Shown one piece after another: positions 58,029-64,000 of a stretch of DNA of 64,000 nt. The position numbers were made by a program, and so were the translations under genes. The DNA comes from Armatimonadota bacterium (GTDB lineage: Bacteria > Armatimonadota > UBA5829 > DSUL01), in NCBI GenBank assembly GCA_039811685.1, contig JBDHZC010000001.1, forward strand, positions 736,001 to 800,000. Direction: 5' to 3'. How positions within the stretch are numbered: position 1 is the first letter of the stretch; every line of letters starts with the position of its first letter. The notes under the pieces were generated by a model, which was not told where the DNA came from, ran no database searches, and saw only the letters and a program-made list of their open reading frames with translations.

Positions 58029-61000
58029 AGGAGCGTCTGAGCCGCAACTTCCCACCGCACGGCTACAACCCGCTGCACATGATCCACAGGTGGTCCATCG
58101 AGCACCCGTACGTGATCGCCTCCCTTTACGTATCGGCGCTTCTGATGGCGTGGATCAGCATGTCGCATATGCCACGCCGGTTTGCTCCGTATGTAGAAAG
58201 CCCGATGATTGGCGTGGTCACGATGATGCCCGGACTCTCGGCCGAGGACATGGAGCTCTACATCAGCAAGCCGATAGAAGAGCAACTCATCAATGTTCAG
58301 GGGCTGAGGTTCATCCGGTCAAACTCTCAGGATGGCTTCTCGATTGTGACACTGGAGTTCCCGTACGGGACGAACATGCAAAAGGCGATCGTGGATATCC
58401 AGTCGCTGATGAATGTCGTACAGTCCAATCTGCCACAAACGGGCGCGAACTTGAAGCCTTCCTGGGTAGTCCCCATTGACCCTCTCAATCTGCCGATTCT
58501 GTCACTCAGCCTGACCGGCGATGAGGCGGAAGGCTGGAATGAGGCAAAAATTCGAGAGTTTGCGGACAACACAGTTATCAACCGCCTGAAGGGACTGGAG
58601 CACGTGTACTCGGTTGTCCCGTTTGGAGGCTACCGGCGCCAGATTCAGGTTGTCGTCGATCGGGACAAATTGGGCGCTTATAAGTTCTCTATTCTGGACG
58701 TCAAGAACGCGATTGACCGGTTCAATGTCAGCCGCCCGGCCGGAATCTTGACAGAGGGTTCTGCAGAGGACATTGTCCGCGTTGACACACGCGCGGTCTC
58801 GGCGCAGGACGTGATGAACTATCCCATCACCCGCATCAGTAGCGACGCCGCCAGTGCATCCTCCGCACTGTCTCCAGGCCTGTCTTCTGTCTCTTCAGCT
58901 TCCCCACGGGTCGTGTATGTGCGGGACGTCGCCCGTGTCATTGACTCCCACTGGGAAAAGCGCAGCGGCTACCACTATATGAAGCACGAGCGAGGCAAGA
59001 GCGGAAGAGTCATTCCTTCGATTGAGGTCTCGGTCATTCAGAACCCTGGCGCGAGCTCGGCGCAAGTGGTCCCCGCAGTGATGGATGCGGTACGTCAGCT
59101 TGAGAACGAGAATCCGGGTCTCAAGTTCGAGGTAGCGTACGACAATGCGCACTTTGTAAACATCCTGTTCCACAACGTCTGGCACGAGCTGGGGCTTGCT
59201 ATTTTGCTGACCGGTATCGCCGTGTTACTCTTCCTTGGCGAATGGCGCGGTACGCTGATAGCGATGATCACGCTGCCGACCTCTCTGGCTCTGGCTGTTC
59301 TGATGATGACTGCTCTGGGAATGACGTTCAACAGCGGAACACTGATTGGCCTGCTGCTGTGTATCGGGCGGCTGGTTGACGACTCAATCATTGACATTCA
59401 CGCCGTTGAGCGCCATTTACGCATGGGCAAGGACGCAAAGACTGCGACCATTGACGGCATCGCCGAGGTGCGTGTCGCGGTTCTGGCTTCAACTCTGATG
59501 ATTGTCCTGGCGCTGACGCCGCTGCTGTTTGCTGGGGGTATCACTCAGCTTATGTTCGTCGAACTGGTGTGGCCGATCATCTTTGGTCTCCTGGCATCCA
59601 TGCTGGTTTCCTTTACGCTGACGGCGCTGTTGTGCGCAAAACTGCTGAGACACGACGAAGAAAGAGAAGCAGACCGCAACAGTCCTGCGGGACGGATTCT
59701 CTACAGGGTGCTAGACCCGGTACAGGGGTGGCTGGACAGGCTGGAAGCCGGATACGCACGGCTGATCAGGTGGCTGCTTCACCACAGGTTCATCAACTTC
59801 GCCCGCGTCATGGTGACAGTTGTCCTCGGGTTCACGTTCTACTACTTTCTGGGCAGTGAGATGATGCCTCTCGCTGACGTAGGGCAGGCGAATGGCTTCC
59901 TGGAGATGGCGCCGGGGACTTCCTATGCGCAGACAGAGCGCGCCGTGCATCAGCTCGAGAAAATCATGCTCAAGCATCCGGAGATAGAGAAAGCGAGCAT
60001 TGAGATCGGCTCCGAATCAATGTTTGAGTCTTTCACGCCCTTCTATACAGGCTACCAGATGCCACAGGTGAGCGGTGCGGCGATGATGCTGACTTTCAGC
60101 GACAAGGATTCGCGCCGCAAGACGATCTGGCAGGTGATGGACGCAGTGCAGAAAGAGGCGCTGGAGACTATCCCTGGAATCCGTAGGCTCCAAATCAAGG
60201 AGATGGGTTCCGACGTGATGGCTACTGCTGCTGCGCCTATCCACGTCAACATCTATGGTCCTGATCTGAAAGAGCTGGACCGCCTTGGGCGCGAGGTACT
60301 GAAGGTGGCCGAAAGGATGCCAGACGAAGTGTACCAGCCCGCGACAACCTGGTCACTGCAGCAACCGGAGTTTCAGGTGAAAGTGAATCCGGAAAGGGCC
60401 GCTGAGGTGGGATTGTCCCCGGAGAATATCTCAGAACAGGCGTATTACGCTCTCAGAGGTGGTCTGACGAGTGAGTTCCTTCGCGTTCCCAATCTGCGCC
60501 AGAGCACGATTCTGGTGCGCTATGAAGAAGACCAGCGGCAAAAACCTGGCGATCTCTCCCACCTCTATGTCACCTCAAGTGACGGGACACAGATTCCTCT
60601 TGAGAGCGTGGCAACCATCACGCGTAAGAAAGCGCCGACTGTTATCGAACACGACGGGCTCAAGCGGGTCATCGGAGTGACTGGCTACTACAGAATAGGC
60701 AGTCTTCCCTCAATGGACGTTGTGATGAATCTGGTGGCAAACGCGTACGGAGGCAACGAAAAGCTGGGAATTGAGCCCGTCAACTTTCCGCCGGGTTACG
60801 GCATGGAAATGCGCGGCGACATGACGCAGATGATGGACAGCTTCCGCCGGATGTTTCATGGTCTGGGGCTGGCAATTCTGTTTATGTATCTTGTGCTGGT
60901 GATGCAGTTCCGCGGATTCCTGCAACCGCTGCAGATGATAGCCTCATTGCCACTGGAGCTTGCGGGAGTCTTTGTTGCGCTGTTCATTGCGCACCAGTCA

Positions 61001-61453
61001 TTCTCAACAGTATCAATTCTGGGTATCATCGTCCTCACAGGCATGGACATTACGACGGCCATCCTGTTGATTGACATGATCATGAAGTACCGCGACAAAG
61101 GGATGGCGCGCGACGAAGCCATCGTACAGGCGTGCCCACAGCGGCTGCGTCCGATATTGATGACAGCGGGAATAGCGCTGATTGTCCTTCTGCCGGTTGC
61201 GGTGGCGCCAAAAACCGGGCTGGACGCCTATCAGCCGCTGGCGACAGCCGTTGTCGGAGGACTGCTGGTAGGCACAATCCTCAGCCTGTTTGATATTCCG
61301 ATCATGCACACCTACGTTGACGATTTTATCGTGTGGCTCAACCGGACATTTCTCAACAGAGAGTGGCACTGGCCGGTTACGGAGTCACCGGACGACCCGT
61401 CTTTGTACGATACGAGCAAATCCACGGGTTCTCAAGAACCCGAATCACCGTGA
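58025..61453 (+). CDS. RND efflux permease (AcrB/CusA superfamily)
   Basis: IGRLVDDSII, ILLID, RLRPILMT; 12-TM layout; Met-rich. Confidence 0.92.
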   Translation: MKERLSRNFPPHGYNPLHMIHRWSIEHPYVIASLYVSALLMAWISMSHMPRRFAPYVESPMIGVVTMMPGLSAEDMELYISKPIEEQLINVQGLRFIRSNSQDGFSIVTLEFPYGTNMQKAIVDIQSLMNVVQSNLPQTGANLKPSWVVPIDPLNLPILSLSLTGDEAEGWNEAKIREFADNTVINRLKGLEHVYSVVPFGGYRRQIQVVVDRDKLGAYKFSILDVKNAIDRFNVSRPAGILTEGSAEDIVRVDTRAVSAQDVMNYPITRISSDAASASSALSPGLSSVSSASPRVVYVRDVARVIDSHWEKRSGYHYMKHERGKSGRVIPSIEVSVIQNPGASSAQVVPAVMDAVRQLENENPGLKFEVAYDNAHFVNILFHNVWHELGLAILLTGIAVLLFLGEWRGTLIAMITLPTSLALAVLMMTALGMTFNSGTLIGLLLCIGRLVDDSIIDIHAVERHLRMGKDAKTATIDGIAEVRVAVLASTLMIVLALTPLLFAGGITQLMFVELVWPIIFGLLASMLVSFTLTALLCAKLLRHDEEREADRNSPAGRILYRVLDPVQGWLDRLEAGYARLIRWLLHHRFINFARVMVTVVLGFTFYYFLGSEMMPLADVGQANGFLEMAPGTSYAQTERAVHQLEKIMLKHPEIEKASIEIGSESMFESFTPFYTGYQMPQVSGAAMMLTFSDKDSRRKTIWQVMDAVQKEALETIPGIRRLQIKEMGSDVMATAAAPIHVNIYGPDLKELDRLGREVLKVAERMPDEVYQPATTWSLQQPEFQVKVNPERAAEVGLSPENISEQAYYALRGGLTSEFLRVPNLRQSTILVRYEEDQRQKPGDLSHLYVTSSDGTQIPLESVATITRKKAPTVIEHDGLKRVIGVTGYYRIGSLPSMDVVMNLVANAYGGNEKLGIEPVNFPPGYGMEMRGDMTQMMDSFRRMFHGLGLAILFMYLVLVMQFRGFLQPLQMIASLPLELAGVFVALFIAHQSFSTVSILGIIVLTGMDITTAILLIDMIMKYRDKGMARDEAIVQACPQRLRPILMTAGIALIVLLPVAVAPKTGLDAYQPLATAVVGGLLVGTILSLFDIPIMHTYVDDFIVWLNRTFLNREWHWPVTESPDDPSLYDTSKSTGSQEPESP

Positions 61454-61471
61454 ATCGAAAGGTAAAAAACA

Positions 61472-61843
61472 ATGAGAAAACATCTCACTCTGATGGCAGC
61501 CTGTGCAGCAATCATTGGCGCTGCAGCTTTTACGGCGGGCACTTTGAACGCCGAGGCAAAAGCGGCGAAAGACCCTCCCAAAGTGCAGACCGCGCAGGTG
61601 ACAGTGACCGCGGATGGCTATGAACCGTCCACGCTCAACCTCAAGAAGGACGTGCGCGCGAAGATCACTTTCACCCGAAAAGTGGACAGCGAATGCGCGT
61701 CCGAAGTGGTGTTTCCCGATTACAAAGTCCGCAAAAAGCTCCCTCTCAACAAGCCCGTCGTTGTCGAGTTCACTCCTAAGGCCGGAACCTTCAAGTTCAC
61801 CTGTGGGATGGGCATGTACAAGGGCAAGCTGGTGGTCAAATAG
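61472..61843 (+). CDS. Periplasmic cupredoxin-domain protein
   Basis: Signal peptide; GYEPS, EC, FTCGMGMYKGKLVV. Homologous to the adaptor C-terminus. Confidence 0.9.
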   Translation: MRKHLTLMAACAAIIGAAAFTAGTLNAEAKAAKDPPKVQTAQVTVTADGYEPSTLNLKKDVRAKITFTRKVDSECASEVVFPDYKVRKKLPLNKPVVVEFTPKAGTFKFTCGMGMYKGKLVVK

Positions 61844-61863
61844 CAAACTCACCAGGCCGAGAG

Positions 61864-63360
61864 TTGCCGGAGAAAGGACAATACACTGTGAGGCACTGCA
61901 GTCGTCTGGCGCTGGCAGCGATGCTTGCGCTATCGACAGGTTGTAGCCTGTCTGCGCAAACTGACCTGCCAGCAAAGGAGATACGTCCTCTGCTCAACGG
62001 ACCTGTAACCCTAAGCGAGGCCGTGGAGACAGCGCTGCAGATGAGCCCGCTCGTGCGCGGCTCTGCGGCAGATGTAGAGGCGGCTCAGGCGCGCCTCAGA
62101 GCAGCCCGCGCGCAGACACGCCCCTGGGCTTCCATCACAGCATTGTCCTCTGGTGGAAGTATGGGCAGCATTGTCTCAACTCCCATGAGCGTGCAGCCTT
62201 CGATGGCAATGAGCGTTCCGGACGGACGCTTTTCCGCTGGAAACCTGATGGTGATGTATCCACTCCTCACCGGTGGCAGGCTCTCAGCAGGAACAAGAAG
62301 CGCTATCGCCCAGAGCGCTGCGGCATCACAGGACCTGGAGACCCGGCAGCAGGATGTCGTCCTGACAGCACGCAACGCCTACCATGAAGTGATCGCGAGG
62401 AAATCTCTTGTTGAGGTCGCACAGGCTCGCTTGCGCGAAGACGAGGAGCGTCTGCGGCTCGACCGCGTGCGGCTTCAACAGGAGCAAATTCCATCCTACT
62501 ACATTCAGAGAGGAGAGGCAGAAGTCGCCTCCACTCAGCAGGCGCTGACGAACGCCAAGCGAGACGTCGAACTGGCGCTCATTGCGCTGAAGACTGTGAT
62601 CGGTCTGGATCCAGCTTCGAAAATTGATGTCCAGGGAGCGCTCGACTTCACCCCGAGCGATGAGATTATCCGTAGAATCATTGCCCCGTCGGCTGCGGCT
62701 GGCAGCGATGAGAGGCTTCAGGCGCTGCTGGCAACCGCGCGAAGCCACCGGCCGGAAATAGAGGCCGCTGAGCAGCGAGAGGCAGCCAGCCGCGCACTGA
62801 TCCAGGCCGCTCGCGGAGAGTTCAGTCCACAGGTAAACCTGTTTGGGTCCGGAGATATTATGGATAGACCCTCAATGGATTCAAGAGGAGGTGTCACCTT
62901 CGGCATTGTCGCTTCAGTCCCCCTCTACAACGGCGGAGAACGCAGCGCACAGGTGGCAGAGACCAAAGCCGAGCACAGAAAACAGCGCGAACAGCAGGCT
63001 CAGGTGGAGCTGCAGATTGCGCAGGAGGTGCAGTCGGCGCTTGTAAGCCTGCTGGCAGCAGAACAAAACGTCACAACGGCGCAAAAAGCGGTGGACGCGG
63101 CAAAGGCGGAATACGAAGCGGCTCAGAAGCGCTATGAAGTCGGACGCAGTGTTGTCGTCGAAGTTCTGGACTCGGTCACCGCCAAAGTCAGAGCCGAGAC
63201 CAACGTCGTTCAGGCGCTGTACGAATACAATCTCGCGCAGGACGCCCTGAGGCGCGCTACCGGTGTTATTGAGACTTCAGAGTCTGAAGAGTCACTGGCT
63301 AGTACTGAACCGTCTCCCGCCGCAGCAAGCGCAGCGAAAAGAGAACAGCCAGCAGAGTGA
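61864..63360 (+). CDS. TolC-family outer membrane efflux protein
   Basis: LSEAVETAL..SP, PLLTGG, RPEI, VPLYNGG, RYEVG. Confidence 0.9.
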   Translation: MPEKGQYTVRHCSRLALAAMLALSTGCSLSAQTDLPAKEIRPLLNGPVTLSEAVETALQMSPLVRGSAADVEAAQARLRAARAQTRPWASITALSSGGSMGSIVSTPMSVQPSMAMSVPDGRFSAGNLMVMYPLLTGGRLSAGTRSAIAQSAAASQDLETRQQDVVLTARNAYHEVIARKSLVEVAQARLREDEERLRLDRVRLQQEQIPSYYIQRGEAEVASTQQALTNAKRDVELALIALKTVIGLDPASKIDVQGALDFTPSDEIIRRIIAPSAAAGSDERLQALLATARSHRPEIEAAEQREAASRALIQAARGEFSPQVNLFGSGDIMDRPSMDSRGGVTFGIVASVPLYNGGERSAQVAETKAEHRKQREQQAQVELQIAQEVQSALVSLLAAEQNVTTAQKAVDAAKAEYEAAQKRYEVGRSVVVEVLDSVTAKVRAETNVVQALYEYNLAQDALRRATGVIETSESEESLASTEPSPAAASAAKREQPAE

Positions 63361-64000
63361 TGACGAACCCTACTGCAGCTACAGCCGCGGCATAGCCGAA
63401 TTGGCTGTCAGCGAATCCCTTCTGGTACAGATAGGTCAGGAGCACGTCCGTAGAGGAGTTGCTCTGATTCTGATTCATCACGTAAACCAACCCGAAGACG
63501 TTGAGCGCGTGAATGATGAGGTAGAGCACGCCGAGCTTGAACACCTCCCAGACGAGCGGGAAGGTGATGTAGCGAAATCTAAGAATTCCGGTAGCCCCGT
63601 CTATCTCAGCAGCCTCGTTGAAAGCCTGAGGAATGTTCCGGATTCCTGCGGCGAACAGCAGAATGTAGAACCCCAGAGCAGCCCAGATGTTGACAGCGAT
63701 GATCGCGAAAAGGGATGTGGACCCCGCCAGCCACGTTTGTTTCAGTGCCCCCAGCCCAATTAGCCCGAGAGCAGCATTCAGCAATCCCGCATCGCGGTCG
63801 TAGATGAAAAACCACAGGCTCGCAACCGCCACCACAGTGATAACGTTGGGGAACAGATAGACAGCCAGGAAGAAACCTGCGCCCCGAATACGGGATGACA
63901 ACACGGAGGCGACGAACAGCCCGGCCGGCAGCATAACCGCCGCTCCAACTACGAGAAAAAGCAGGTTGTGCATCAGGTACCGGGTGAACTCGGGCGGCTG
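63299..64000 (-). CDS. Carbohydrate ABC transporter permease (5' part outside the window)
   Basis: GLLNAAL, IPQAFNEAAEIDGA (EAA motif), FRYITFPL, FGYAAA. Confidence 0.9.
   Translation of the reverse strand, partial: QPPEFTRYLMHNLLFLVVGAAVMLPAGLFVASVLSSRIRGAGFFLAVYLFPNVITVVAVASLWFFIYDRDAGLLNAALGLIGLGALKQTWLAGSTSLFAIIAVNIWAALGFYILLFAAGIRNIPQAFNEAAEIDGATGILRFRYITFPLVWEVFKLGVLYLIIHALNVFGLVYVMNQNQSNSSTDVLLTYLYQKGFADSQFGYAAAVAAVGFVITLLAVLFSLRLLRRETVQY

Overview
GC-rich bacterial chromosomal window with no rRNA, CRISPR array, integrase or transposase. Armatimonadota-like affinity is inferred, not proven, from the PEP-CTERM proteins, a DUF1559/H-X9-DG prepilin-like gene and a shared C-terminal surface domain. 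Housekeeping content: rpsA (partial), polA, sppA, tRNA-Leu(CAA), tsaB-tsaE-thiL, a pentose/amino-sugar block (ABC binding protein and permease, xylB, epimerase, nucleoside hydrolase, SIS protein, NamZ), tRNA-Ala(CGC), zupT, ggt, motAB and a cupredoxin-equipped RND efflux operon. Many genes encode secreted or surface proteins: a cohesin/HYR/dockerin-like protein, four PEP-CTERM proteins (three tandem paralogues), a phosphodiester glycosidase and a 1412-aa protein with seven Cys-rich repeats. The most striking unannotated signal is a tandem pair of ~80-nt sibling small RNAs at 32496-32706 on the minus strand. Each has an anti-Shine-Dalgarno CUCCUU seed and its own terminator, and the first follows a near-consensus sigma54 promoter. 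Other leads are a second sigma54 promoter before a PEP-CTERM gene, a conserved 5'UTR hairpin and homogenised 3' ends in the PEP-CTERM triplet, a CutF/CruR-like leader ORF before the efflux operon, and a possibly pseudoknotted leader before the SIS gene. All family calls come from motif recognition by eye; no database was searched.
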